In this document: positions 42,130 to 51,469 of the stretch, one piece after another
Layout: each line of letters opens with the position of its first letter
How positions within the stretch are numbered: the first letter of the stretch is position 1
Origin: a virus
Lineage: Duplodnaviria > Heunggongvirae > Uroviricota > Caudoviricetes
Direction: 5' to 3' (one strand)
Virus record (IMG/VR): IMGVR_UViG_3300028840_001821
Length of the DNA: 64,000 nucleotides
Notes under the pieces: model-generated
The model's database searches: none
What the model was told of the DNA's origin: nothing
The model's input: only the letters and a program-made list of their open reading frames with translations
Program-made: the position numbers and the translations under genes

Positions 42130-42384
42130 ATGAGCCAATTTATTGGCATCAGACCTCCCCCTGGTAACTTAAAGCGATCATTCGATTTTTCAGTGAGCAC
42201 TCACAACATCGGCGGGAATAGGTTCCTACTTCCTCATAACTTTGGGACCTATGATATCCTCGTGCAGTGTTTCACTGATACTGGCGTTCAAATACAGCCA
42301 GCCGGGATTGAGATAGTCGATGCTAATAATGTTCTCATAACTTTCTCTGTCAATATTGGTGGCAGGTGTATTATCTTTGCCTAA
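42130..42384 (+). CDS. hypothetical protein
   Basis: 84 aa. Confidence 0.35.
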   Translation: MSQFIGIRPPPGNLKRSFDFSVSTHNIGGNRFLLPHNFGTYDILVQCFTDTGVQIQPAGIEIVDANNVLITFSVNIGGRCIIFA

Positions 42385-42402
42385 AGGGGAGGGTGAGATA
42401 GA

Positions 42403-43041
42403 GTGTTATTCAATAGCTTGATCGAGTTTGTGACATCGGGTCTGTTGCAATCTCCGGAGTCTATTGACATTGAGGCGCTCGACGGTTTTCTGCGTTTGTC
42501 TTGTGCGAACGCTAGCGGTACTCTAGAGTATAGCGTAGACGAGAACCAGTGGCGCTTGAGAAATGCTAACGGTGCGTTTGCACCGATCATGTCCGGCATC
42601 AATGGTGTTCCAGGACCGGACTTAACACTAGAAGGCGGCGCGAACGTAACTCTGACGCCCGACTATGGGGCGGGTAAGATCACGATCAGCGCCTCGGTTC
42701 CATCCGGTACGACTATCAATGGTCAGCCGGGTCCCTTTACGTTAGTGGGAGCCAGCGGCATAGAGGTTGTCACGGTGGGCAACACCATTACCTTCACACA
42801 TGCGCCCGGGGCGTGGGTTATTGGGGCGTCGGGACTTATGGAGCCATCAGCGCGTAATATTATCATCAACCACGGTCTCGGTACAAGGGCTGTGAATATG
42901 ACGTTCGCGTTTGAGGGAGGCTCCCGCGACGGCAGAATCTTCTTTCCGGGAAGACTCACAGTAGTCGATGAGGACAGTATATCTATGAGACTGGACTTGG
43001 TGAGGGACTTTACCTACACCATCATCGGTCTGAAGGGATAA
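42403..43041 (+). CDS. hypothetical structural protein
   Basis: GTG start with RBS aaaggggagggtgagatagaGTG, 212 aa, Gly/Thr-rich. Confidence 0.45.
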   Translation: MLFNSLIEFVTSGLLQSPESIDIEALDGFLRLSCANASGTLEYSVDENQWRLRNANGAFAPIMSGINGVPGPDLTLEGGANVTLTPDYGAGKITISASVPSGTTINGQPGPFTLVGASGIEVVTVGNTITFTHAPGAWVIGASGLMEPSARNIIINHGLGTRAVNMTFAFEGGSRDGRIFFPGRLTVVDEDSISMRLDLVRDFTYTIIGLKG

Positions 43042-43044
43042 AAG

Positions 43045-43557
43045 ATGGTAACGCCGAGCGGTACTAAACTGTATGAGATCTATGACCAAGTGCGCGTAGA
43101 TGTGTTCGGTACAAACGACGAATGGACAACTACCGCCGCTTCCGGTCTACCGACATCTGTTATGGACGTATATGCGCAGAAAGTGGCTTCCCGGATCAAC
43201 GGGCAGCTCAGTATGCATAACTACGTACAGATTAATACCACTACCGGCGCAGTCTCACCGGCGATTGACCAGGTTTATGCTTTGCTAGAGACAGGCATCT
43301 TGGCGCTAATTCGTGATACGGAGGTGTCGCTGCTCAAGCGGCTGTCTAGTGGCTTGGGTATGAATACCGGCACGGGAGGTGGTGAAGGCGCTGTTGTGCG
43401 GAACGCTGACTCTGTGCAGGTGTCTACAGCCGCACGGTATCAAGAACGCATCCGTGCCTTCCTGAACGATCGCAATACTGCCAAAGAAGACTTCAAGACT
43501 CAACTGCGTCAGTTCAAGTACGACCTGCTAAGCAACAGGAAGCGGTATGTCTATTAA
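43045..43557 (+). CDS. hypothetical structural protein
   Basis: 170 aa. Confidence 0.45.
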   Translation: MVTPSGTKLYEIYDQVRVDVFGTNDEWTTTAASGLPTSVMDVYAQKVASRINGQLSMHNYVQINTTTGAVSPAIDQVYALLETGILALIRDTEVSLLKRLSSGLGMNTGTGGGEGAVVRNADSVQVSTAARYQERIRAFLNDRNTAKEDFKTQLRQFKYDLLSNRKRYVY

Positions 43558-43915
43558 AGTCCCCGTTTACTTCCACGTCAACGAGGGCGTCTGGCACGTG
43601 CCCGGATTCCATGTCACGGTCTACGGGCGCTTTGTTCAGCCAGATCCAACAGAGATTCCGGTCGAGGTCTTCCGCGTGTTCCGTGACCAGTTCACGCTAG
43701 CCCCCATCACCAAAGAACTCCTTACTCATTTATTCGGCAACAAGTACTTTGCTTCGACGAAGTTCGAGCTTGGTAGCCTACACATCTTAGCCGAACCGTT
43801 CTTGCGCAAGCTCGCCGACAAGATCGGGATCAAACACAAACACCTGAAGTCGCGTGCCGGGATTGCAAGACTAATCCGCAACGAGATACTAAAGAGGATT
43901 GAAGATGGCTCTTAG
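43547..43915 (+). CDS. hypothetical structural protein
   Basis: 122 aa, overlaps its neighbours. Confidence 0.45.
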   Translation: MSIKVPVYFHVNEGVWHVPGFHVTVYGRFVQPDPTEIPVEVFRVFRDQFTLAPITKELLTHLFGNKYFASTKFELGSLHILAEPFLRKLADKIGIKHKHLKSRAGIARLIRNEILKRIEDGS

Positions 43916-44480
43916 ACCGATAAGAACAGAAAGCGTGATCAAGCGCGATGCTCACCCTCGCTGGATTCCAGCAGAGGCGGGCGGGCTTGTGTCGTTCACG
44001 GCTGCTAGCGGGGTAGACTATTCTATCTATGCTGCTGATCCATCCGGCGTCAATATCATCGGTATCCAACGGCACGATGTGATCGAGAACGATCGTCCGG
44101 ACTTGTTCCCGCGCCCGAGAACTCGCAAGATCCAGTATACATGGACGGAGGATCTGCTAGTGATCACTAAAGGTATGGTGGTTACAGACTTCATCCACCC
44201 CGATGCGACAGGTATTGTTGCGGGCGCTACAGCATATGCTGGTCCAAGTGGACTAGTTACGACTGACTCCTCCTTCAATGGCAGGATCGTTGGTTACTTC
44301 GAAGATGACCTTGTGGTAGATTCGCACGCAGTACTTGTAGAGGGAGGCGGCTACTACCGCCAGGAGTTCTATACGGACCCGAACACAGGGGAGAGAAGCC
44401 TGGAGGATAGGGGTTATCCGCGTAAGACGGTTACCTCTCCGGGCTGGGCAAAGTTAAGGCTGGCGATCCAAAATGGTTAG
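43899..44480 (+). CDS. hypothetical structural protein (MALRPIR paralog)
   Basis: 193 aa. Confidence 0.45.
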   Translation: MKMALRPIRTESVIKRDAHPRWIPAEAGGLVSFTAASGVDYSIYAADPSGVNIIGIQRHDVIENDRPDLFPRPRTRKIQYTWTEDLLVITKGMVVTDFIHPDATGIVAGATAYAGPSGLVTTDSSFNGRIVGYFEDDLVVDSHAVLVEGGGYYRQEFYTDPNTGERSLEDRGYPRKTVTSPGWAKLRLAIQNG

Positions 44481-45000
44481 AAACGAAACTCCGAACGAAG
44501 ACCTAAGTGAAGGCGCGTCGTTTGCTTTTCCGGATTACGAGGCTCTTTATGAAGAGGTCATCGACTCTTCATTCACCAATCTTGGTAGAACAGTCACTTT
44601 CCATCTACAGCCGATTCTTTCGTCTCCTTCTGGCACTCCTCAGCCGACCCATCAGGCATACAAGATCAACCCGTTTACGCGGGAGGGCTTTCGTCCTGCA
44701 CCGGTAGAGCGTCAGCCTGCGGTTCACAAGGAACAGCGTATCGTTCAGTATACGGCACACGTGCGTCATGGTCCTGCGGATATTGACCAGGGCACGCCGT
44801 TGGGTCGTCTAGCCGACAACGAGGTTCAGCTTACTACGGTGTCGGGTTCTGAGGAACACTTGCGCGATGCTATCGCTATGACTATTGACGGTCGTAGGTT
44901 CAAACTGCGTGCAGGTCCGCGTCCGATTGGTCTCGGCTCTGTGAAGTATCTGATCTCGATCTGGCAAGAAGACCCGTCTGCTGAAGATGGTGCGAAGTAA
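44473..45000 (+). CDS. hypothetical structural protein
   Basis: 175 aa. Confidence 0.45.
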   Translation: MVRNETPNEDLSEGASFAFPDYEALYEEVIDSSFTNLGRTVTFHLQPILSSPSGTPQPTHQAYKINPFTREGFRPAPVERQPAVHKEQRIVQYTAHVRHGPADIDQGTPLGRLADNEVQLTTVSGSEEHLRDAIAMTIDGRRFKLRAGPRPIGLGSVKYLISIWQEDPSAEDGAK

Positions 45001-45998
45001 TGGTAGCCCCCGCCGTTGCTCTGGCGTTTGGGCGCACCCTATCCGGCATCTTTGGAGGCGCTGCGTCTCGTGCAACTGCTGCTCAGCGCAATGTTACGTC
45101 TGCAATACTACGGGTTATGGCGAGAGGATTCAAGCGGCTACCCCGCGTGACGGGGATTAGGAATCCTATTGAGCCGAGGCTTGTAGTAGAGAAAGAGATG
45201 GATAAGAAGTTTCGACAACTAGTCCGCTTCTATATCTCTAGACTATTAGATGACGTCGCTCGGGACGCCGCGACGAGACGCAAGCAGTTAATGAATATGG
45301 TTGTCTTTGGTGCTAAGGCTCGGCGTGGATCGACCATCAATACTGGCGGGACCACTGGTCTTACGGGCACCGACCTGTTCCGTAAGGTGCGAGACCCCTC
45401 CGTGATTGGTGAGATGGGTTTTCCGTCCCGCTTCAATCCAGAGGCAGCGTTGGTCAAGGGCTTGAAGGAGTCTGTTCAGACCATTGTTATGCGCCCTCGT
45501 TACAACCATCTCGTGATGAAGTTCATCCTTGATTACAATCGCCTGCGTCGTCTCACCCCTCATCCGGCAGCTAAGATGAAGAGTGGTAAGAACATCACCG
45601 TTACCTCGTGGCTTGACTGGCTACATGGCGATGCCGGTGTAACGGACGCAGGATTCGTGCCCCTATCTAAGATGCGTGGTGCCAAGCCGTCTAAGCGACC
45701 GCTCAGTCCGCGTTCGTATGGTGCGGCAGGACAGAATGCAGGTTGGATGATCTCTCCGACGAAGAAATCGACATTCAAGAAGAGAACCAGTAGTCGAGGA
45801 GTACCCAAGAGGGGCAGTGGAAGAGAAAAGACCAGTATCAACATTCCAGGCTCATGGCGCATTAGTACCCCGGTGAACAAGAACTGGGTGACGGAGCGCA
45901 GCCTGTCGATCGGTATAGGACTTCTTGACCTGTATGCCGGTGGTCTGATCCAGAGGATTCACCGCAAGACGGTCAAGAATTTCGCTGTGAAAATCTAA
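45000..45998 (+). CDS. hypothetical structural protein
   Basis: 332 aa, basic. Confidence 0.45.
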   Translation: MVAPAVALAFGRTLSGIFGGAASRATAAQRNVTSAILRVMARGFKRLPRVTGIRNPIEPRLVVEKEMDKKFRQLVRFYISRLLDDVARDAATRRKQLMNMVVFGAKARRGSTINTGGTTGLTGTDLFRKVRDPSVIGEMGFPSRFNPEAALVKGLKESVQTIVMRPRYNHLVMKFILDYNRLRRLTPHPAAKMKSGKNITVTSWLDWLHGDAGVTDAGFVPLSKMRGAKPSKRPLSPRSYGAAGQNAGWMISPTKKSTFKKRTSSRGVPKRGSGREKTSINIPGSWRISTPVNKNWVTERSLSIGIGLLDLYAGGLIQRIHRKTVKNFAVKI

Positions 45999-46010
45999 TG
46001 GGTGGTAGCT

Positions 46011-47057
46011 ATGCTTATTAAGCCGAGGCAATTGATCAAGTTGAACTTGAAGTTCTTCCTGGATCAAGTTTTTATCCGCGACGGCAACTATCAAAACATC
46101 TCGCGTGGCACGCAGGCGTTTGATGGTACCGACGTGAGTAGATTACAGCCCGACAACGATGCAGAGACGCTAGCGAGCCTAGGGTTTGTTTCGACCGACA
46201 CTAATAAGGTGTGGCAGAGCCCATTCAAGAACTGGGTATATCAGTCTGGACTCGTCCATTCATACGACCGGGGCGAACCCCAGAAGACTGCTCCGACGAT
46301 TTGTTCTGGCATCTATCTCGACGGCGTGTTTAAGCCGGATAGGGCAGAGATGCCGTGGGGTCCCGCCGCAGGCTGGGATCCGACTTGCTTTCCGACAATC
46401 GACTGGATCAATGGTCGCGTGGTCATGAGCAGTGGCTTGCCGTCGAGTGCCACAGTTCAGGCAGCGTATTCTTACGGCGAAGTGACGGTCGCCCTAGCTA
46501 GCCGCGAAAACGAGGACATGGAAGAGTATGTCAAGAACTCGCGGTATGGTAATAATCCCGACACATGGAATAGCATCTCGTATCCTTCCGGTAGATTTCA
46601 ACCGCTTCCGGCGGTGTTCATCGAGATCTCCGAGCAGGACCATGATGCTTACGAGCTTGGTAACAGAAGCCTGAAGGAGCGGGATCAGGTGACTCTGTAC
46701 GTGGCATCCAACAGTAATGTTGTGTTGGATAACATCCTAGATACGATAAGGCTTCAGGACCGCCGGGGTTTTCCGATCGTTGATTACAACGTCGCCCCTC
46801 TTCCGCTGAGCGGTATTTTTTCTGAACGCTCTCCAGAATACATGCGTTACAGCATTCTTCAGGGGAACGTTGTGGCTCACCCGTCAGGCTACACTTCACT
46901 TTATGGTCAGGGGCAGTTCCAGTCTGCCCGGGTTCAGCTAGACAACATTCGGGGTCTAGAGGCTGGACAGGTGACAATGGACATCGAAACCTACATCATC
47001 GTTCCCGATTCACCTATTGGAACTTCTTCTATAGGGTATAATTTCTTTGAAAGCTAA
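46011..47057 (+). CDS. hypothetical structural protein
   Basis: 348 aa from the ATG; the track starts at GTG 46002. Confidence 0.45.
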   Translation: MLIKPRQLIKLNLKFFLDQVFIRDGNYQNISRGTQAFDGTDVSRLQPDNDAETLASLGFVSTDTNKVWQSPFKNWVYQSGLVHSYDRGEPQKTAPTICSGIYLDGVFKPDRAEMPWGPAAGWDPTCFPTIDWINGRVVMSSGLPSSATVQAAYSYGEVTVALASRENEDMEEYVKNSRYGNNPDTWNSISYPSGRFQPLPAVFIEISEQDHDAYELGNRSLKERDQVTLYVASNSNVVLDNILDTIRLQDRRGFPIVDYNVAPLPLSGIFSERSPEYMRYSILQGNVVAHPSGYTSLYGQGQFQSARVQLDNIRGLEAGQVTMDIETYIIVPDSPIGTSSIGYNFFES

Positions 47058-47646
47058 CATAGTCGCACTGTACGAGGCGGGGTCTAGCTTGCGACTTATT
47101 GGTGAGGCTTATGGTCGTAGCAAGACCTGGGTGCGTAAACGTCTCATTGACGCGGGTGTAGATATTCGTTCTGCCAGAGAAAGTAAGAAGGTTGGTCGAC
47201 TTGGTGCTGAAGTTCTGTGTAAAACATGTGGCACTATGGTCTATCGCAAGCCCAATAAGGTTGCACGGAACCTTAATACCTTTTGCTCTCGTCAGTGTTA
47301 TGCGTTGTCTTTGAAGCTGTCTATGCGCGGCAGTAGGAACCACCAATGGCACGGTGGTAGGTCTATTGCCACAATGATCCGTCATAGCGTGCGAAATAAG
47401 GAGTGGATTCAATTCATACTAGAACGAGATGATTTTACGTGTCGGCATTGTCACCAAAGGGGCGTTCATCTACACGTGCATCACATCTATCCGTTTGCTA
47501 GTATCTTGGATCGATTTCTTGAACAGAACTCTTCAAATAACATAGAGCTTCTACTAGAGGCGTCGCAGGAATTTGAAGAGTTTTTTGATATAGATAACGG
47601 CATCTCTTTATGTAGAGAATGTCATAAAGAAGTTCATCACTCGTAG
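47047..47646 (+). CDS. HNH homing endonuclease
   Basis: HNH motif ..CRHCHQRGVHLHVHHIYPF..NGISLCRECHKEVHH, plus an N-terminal HTH and a CxxC..CxxC zinc ribbon. It appears to use a TTG start. Confidence 0.65.
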   Translation: MKANIVALYEAGSSLRLIGEAYGRSKTWVRKRLIDAGVDIRSARESKKVGRLGAEVLCKTCGTMVYRKPNKVARNLNTFCSRQCYALSLKLSMRGSRNHQWHGGRSIATMIRHSVRNKEWIQFILERDDFTCRHCHQRGVHLHVHHIYPFASILDRFLEQNSSNNIELLLEASQEFEEFFDIDNGISLCRECHKEVHHS

Positions 47647-47721
47647 AATTTTAACGTATATATAAGTGGATACCTATGTAGTTCCCGGAGTGGGGACGTT
47701 GTATCATAAGGGAGGTAAACA

Positions 47722-49065
47722 GTGGCTACTCTGAATGCTAACAACCGCATTTTCTGGGCGGTCGAGAAGGTGGCTATTCGTGACAACAGTGCCACGAATA
47801 CCGACCAGACGTCCGTTTGGAACGCGCTCGAATTCCCCTCCGGCGCTATGGCTGCACCCCTGAACCCGGATTATGTTCTAAGTGGTGTAGATCAGGTAAA
47901 CGGTCGGTGGGAAATCGGTCGTGGTGTACAAAGTGTAAGTTCAACTACTACGTATAACCTTGAGCAAGTCTTCGAGCTTGGTCAGATCGAGGTTTACGAA
48001 GATAGTGAACGTGTGCCCGACATCGAGTATACCATCGAGAAGGCTCTCGACGGTACGAAGATGCTGTATTTCATGGCTTCCGATCCCGCACCGGGTGTAG
48101 ACGCCAACGGCATCCCGAAGATTGGTCTGAACAACCGCGTTGGTACGTTCCGTTCCGATCACGCTCTTAACATCTACCCGGACACGCAGGAGCGTTCGAC
48201 AGGCACTCCTCGCTCTGCTATGGTGGCGTCCGGTATGTATCTGTCTTCCGTTACTTACTCGTTCCCGGTGGACGGCTTCTGCACAGAGGCTCTAACGTTC
48301 GTTGGTAACGACAAGATCTGGAAGAACTTCAACGCGAACATCTCCGGTCTTCCGGTAGACGCGTATCCGCAGACTGGCAACACCTACAAGATTCCGGCGT
48401 CTGGTTTCGAGGTCGCTGAATCTACACAGGGTACTCCGAGCGCGTCTCTACGCGTTATCGGTTCTGGTATCCAGCGTCGTGAGAACGTTGACCTACGTAG
48501 GTCTGTTCTTCCGTCCGACATCCCGGGTGTCCAGGCAGCAACTTTGACGACAGTAAACGCAGGCGGCGTTGGCGGATCTACCTCTGGTGTGGTCGTTCAC
48601 ACGACCGGAAACCTTGACTATATGGTCGAGCGTATCCAGAGCATCACGCTGAGCGTTGACTTGAACCGTACGGACTTGAACGAGCTTGGCTCGAAGCGTC
48701 CATTCACTCGTTACATCGCGTTCCCGATCGAGACTTCCTGTGCGATCGAGGTCATCACTGCCGAGGGTGACCACGTTCAAGCGAAGGCGGAGTTCGACAT
48801 CGGCACGGACAACACCCAGCCGAACGAAACCGTCATCGTGCGTACGACAGACGGAACTCAGATCGACCTGGGCGACTCGATGCGACTACAGAGTGTGGAC
48901 TTCAGTCCGGGCGACGCGGGTGGCGACAATGCGACAGCTACCTACAACTATCGTGGATTCAACATCTTCAATATCACACACGACACCTTCTATCCTCACC
49001 ACCGCGTATACGTATCAGCGTCCGCGAACTCGCGCTTCAATGTGGGTGCCGCTGCATCCTTCTAA
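47722..49065 (+). CDS. major tail protein or tail sheath (putative)
   Basis: GTG start after the strong RBS taagggaggtaaacaGTG, 447 aa. It is the first gene of the tail block after the HNH insert. Confidence 0.4.
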   Translation: MATLNANNRIFWAVEKVAIRDNSATNTDQTSVWNALEFPSGAMAAPLNPDYVLSGVDQVNGRWEIGRGVQSVSSTTTYNLEQVFELGQIEVYEDSERVPDIEYTIEKALDGTKMLYFMASDPAPGVDANGIPKIGLNNRVGTFRSDHALNIYPDTQERSTGTPRSAMVASGMYLSSVTYSFPVDGFCTEALTFVGNDKIWKNFNANISGLPVDAYPQTGNTYKIPASGFEVAESTQGTPSASLRVIGSGIQRRENVDLRRSVLPSDIPGVQAATLTTVNAGGVGGSTSGVVVHTTGNLDYMVERIQSITLSVDLNRTDLNELGSKRPFTRYIAFPIETSCAIEVITAEGDHVQAKAEFDIGTDNTQPNETVIVRTTDGTQIDLGDSMRLQSVDFSPGDAGGDNATATYNYRGFNIFNITHDTFYPHHRVYVSASANSRFNVGAAASF

Positions 49066-49197
49066 TAGCGCAGTTTCCATAGATGAGAGGGGCGGGTACC
49101 CGCCCCTCTCCATAGCTCGCCTACCATGTGTAGAAGGAGTTACAGTGCCGTCGCCGGGGTTCGCGGCGGCACTAGTTTTTTTAGGGATATAGGGATC

Positions 49198-50322
49198 ATG
49201 GCAGAAGCAGGCGAAAAGCTAGAGGACGCAATCCAGCGTCTACTATCTAATAGTTGGATGGTGGAAACTGAATCCTCCGACCCCTCTCGCCAAATTCTTG
49301 TCGTAAGACATCCCACCCTAGACCAGAAGCTCATCGGTCGTTTCTTCAAGCAGAAGTTTATCAAGGACCAGACGGGGTCTATGATGAGCCGGGAAGAAGC
49401 CGAAAAGGCGGCGTTCGCTAACGGCGCATGGCATCCCGGCTTGGACGCGAAGCTGGAGACCCTATCTTCTCGTTACGAGATGCTGCACGAAGCCTTAGAG
49501 GCTGAGGAAGAGAACGCCAAAAAGATCGTGGCTGCAAAGGCGCGTGTTCGCTCCATCACGCGAGAGATCAGCCAGATGGAATACACGATGCGCTCTCTGA
49601 TGCTTCAGAAGTTCAGTATCTTTGGCAATACCCTCGAATACCACGCGGAACGTCAGCGCGTGATTCGGATGATTGGCATGAATACGTTTGACGTTCATGG
49701 CAATCCGATTTGGGAAAAGGGCTCTATTGAGGATGAGCAAGATACTGGTCTGATCGACTTTCTAAGTAACGCCTATGTTGAGCAGCAGAACTTCGACGTC
49801 CGCCTAGTTAGGCGTATTGCGAGAAGCAATCTGTGGCACTATCGTTGGACCCTTGGCAAGAACCAGCCCGAGTCTTTGTTCGGGTGCGCGGTCCGGGACC
49901 TAACGGTGGAGCAGAACTTTCTTGTGTTCTGGAGTCAGTTATACGAAGCTTTGAACGAGGCGGCAGACCCGCCCCCACGTGATGTGGTTGAAGACGACGA
50001 GGCTTTTGATAAGTGGCTAGAGAAGCACGCGAGAAAGCACGAGAAGAAGAAACAAAAGGAATACTTCGGCTTAAACAAGCCGGGTAACGAACAGTTCGTT
50101 GTCATCGATGGCTATTACGATGACGAGGGATATTGGCACGAGCATACAGCAGAGGAGAAACAGAAGATCGCGGATAGTATCTATGGATGTAACTCTCCCC
50201 TCATCCGCAGAATGCAAGTAGAGGGTCACCGCAAGCTACAGGATATGGGTGGTCAAGCGCGTGAGACAGAGTTGCGTAAGGGTTGGTTCAGGTTACTTGG
50301 TTGGGATAAGGTCAATGAATAA
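49198..50322 (+). CDS. hypothetical tail-module protein
   Basis: 374 aa from ATG 49198 (MAEAGEKLEDAIQRLL..). Confidence 0.45.
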   Translation: MAEAGEKLEDAIQRLLSNSWMVETESSDPSRQILVVRHPTLDQKLIGRFFKQKFIKDQTGSMMSREEAEKAAFANGAWHPGLDAKLETLSSRYEMLHEALEAEEENAKKIVAAKARVRSITREISQMEYTMRSLMLQKFSIFGNTLEYHAERQRVIRMIGMNTFDVHGNPIWEKGSIEDEQDTGLIDFLSNAYVEQQNFDVRLVRRIARSNLWHYRWTLGKNQPESLFGCAVRDLTVEQNFLVFWSQLYEALNEAADPPPRDVVEDDEAFDKWLEKHARKHEKKKQKEYFGLNKPGNEQFVVIDGYYDDEGYWHEHTAEEKQKIADSIYGCNSPLIRRMQVEGHRKLQDMGGQARETELRKGWFRLLGWDKVNE

Positions 50323-50854
50323 GGTACTAAAAGACAGCTTGGTCCGTAAGAATCGTCAGATGTACAAGACGGCTCTACGCGCAATAGAGCGCGTGATGGG
50401 ACCAGAGTTTACGCGTAGCGACAAGTTCTCAGCGATTCGTAGTACGATCCTCACGGCTGGTAATGAGGTTGAGAGGTCAATCTCTACCGAGGTGGATCAG
50501 TATGCTATCGTCCTAAAGGATGGAGAGACTCCGGCAGCAGTGAGCGCCAGCGAGTACATCATCTCTATGGTGCCGCAGATCAAGTTTGGTCTGGAGGTCC
50601 AGGCAGGCGGCTCTGTGCCATTTCTACGCCTGATCTCGAAGGACGTCAAGGAAGACCTGTCGCTGTTGCGAGAGATCTTCGGAGCGGGTATTGTGTCAAG
50701 GCAAAATGGATATCCGCTGTTTGAGGTAAGAGGAACCACGGACTGTATGAAGGTCAAGCCCGTTATGGACGAGATCATGAAGAGGCTGAAAAACCCGTCC
50801 GACTACGTGGAGTGGGTTGAGTCTCTCTATGCCTTGTATCGGGGCGAAGGGTAA
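50315..50854 (+). CDS. hypothetical tail-module protein
   Basis: 179 aa from ATG 50315, overlapping the upstream stop. Confidence 0.4.
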   Translation: MNKVLKDSLVRKNRQMYKTALRAIERVMGPEFTRSDKFSAIRSTILTAGNEVERSISTEVDQYAIVLKDGETPAAVSASEYIISMVPQIKFGLEVQAGGSVPFLRLISKDVKEDLSLLREIFGAGIVSRQNGYPLFEVRGTTDCMKVKPVMDEIMKRLKNPSDYVEWVESLYALYRGEG

Positions 50855-50866
50855 TAGGAGATAGCC

Positions 50867-51460
50867 ATGTCGGAATATGAATTTCAGGCTACCGACTTAG
50901 ACGGTAAGACGAGTACATACTCGTTTGGACCTGAGACGCTTGGTATCCAGCAGCAGTGTAAGCTGGCATACACCCAGGCATATGCGTTCTACTTCAAGAA
51001 CGGAACCATGACCAAGGCGCAGGCGCTCGATATCGCCAAGAAGAATGGTGTCATCGATGACGCGTGGCAGAAACGGGTGGATATGGTAGTGATGCAGATT
51101 GCTACGCAGACCACCAAGCTTTCTGAAGAGAAGGCTAAGAAGAGGAAGAACAAGAAGAAGATCGCCGACGCCACGGCGGCTCTCAAGGAGCTGCGCGAGC
51201 AGTATGAAGACCTGCTTGCAAGACACACCGAGGTTATGATGCCGACGTGTGAGAACTTGTCCGAGAATAGGGAGCTAGAGTTGAATGTAGTTCTCAGGCT
51301 TCTGGATGAAGATGGTCAGCGCGTATACAAAGACCATGCAGATATGGCTAATCGATACGACGAGCCGTTGACCCAAATTGCTCTTGAGCATATGATGTAT
51401 CTGCGGGCGGGACTCCCATTCCAGCTCGACGGTCTCTATATAGAGGAACAGAAGGACTAG
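50867..51460 (+). CDS. tail assembly chaperone (putative)
   Basis: 197-aa acidic protein with a Lys-rich central stretch, immediately upstream of the tape measure gene. The call rests on position. Confidence 0.35.
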   Translation: MSEYEFQATDLDGKTSTYSFGPETLGIQQQCKLAYTQAYAFYFKNGTMTKAQALDIAKKNGVIDDAWQKRVDMVVMQIATQTTKLSEEKAKKRKNKKKIADATAALKELREQYEDLLARHTEVMMPTCENLSENRELELNVVLRLLDEDGQRVYKDHADMANRYDEPLTQIALEHMMYLRAGLPFQLDGLYIEEQKD

Positions 51461-51469
51461 GTGTTGTAG

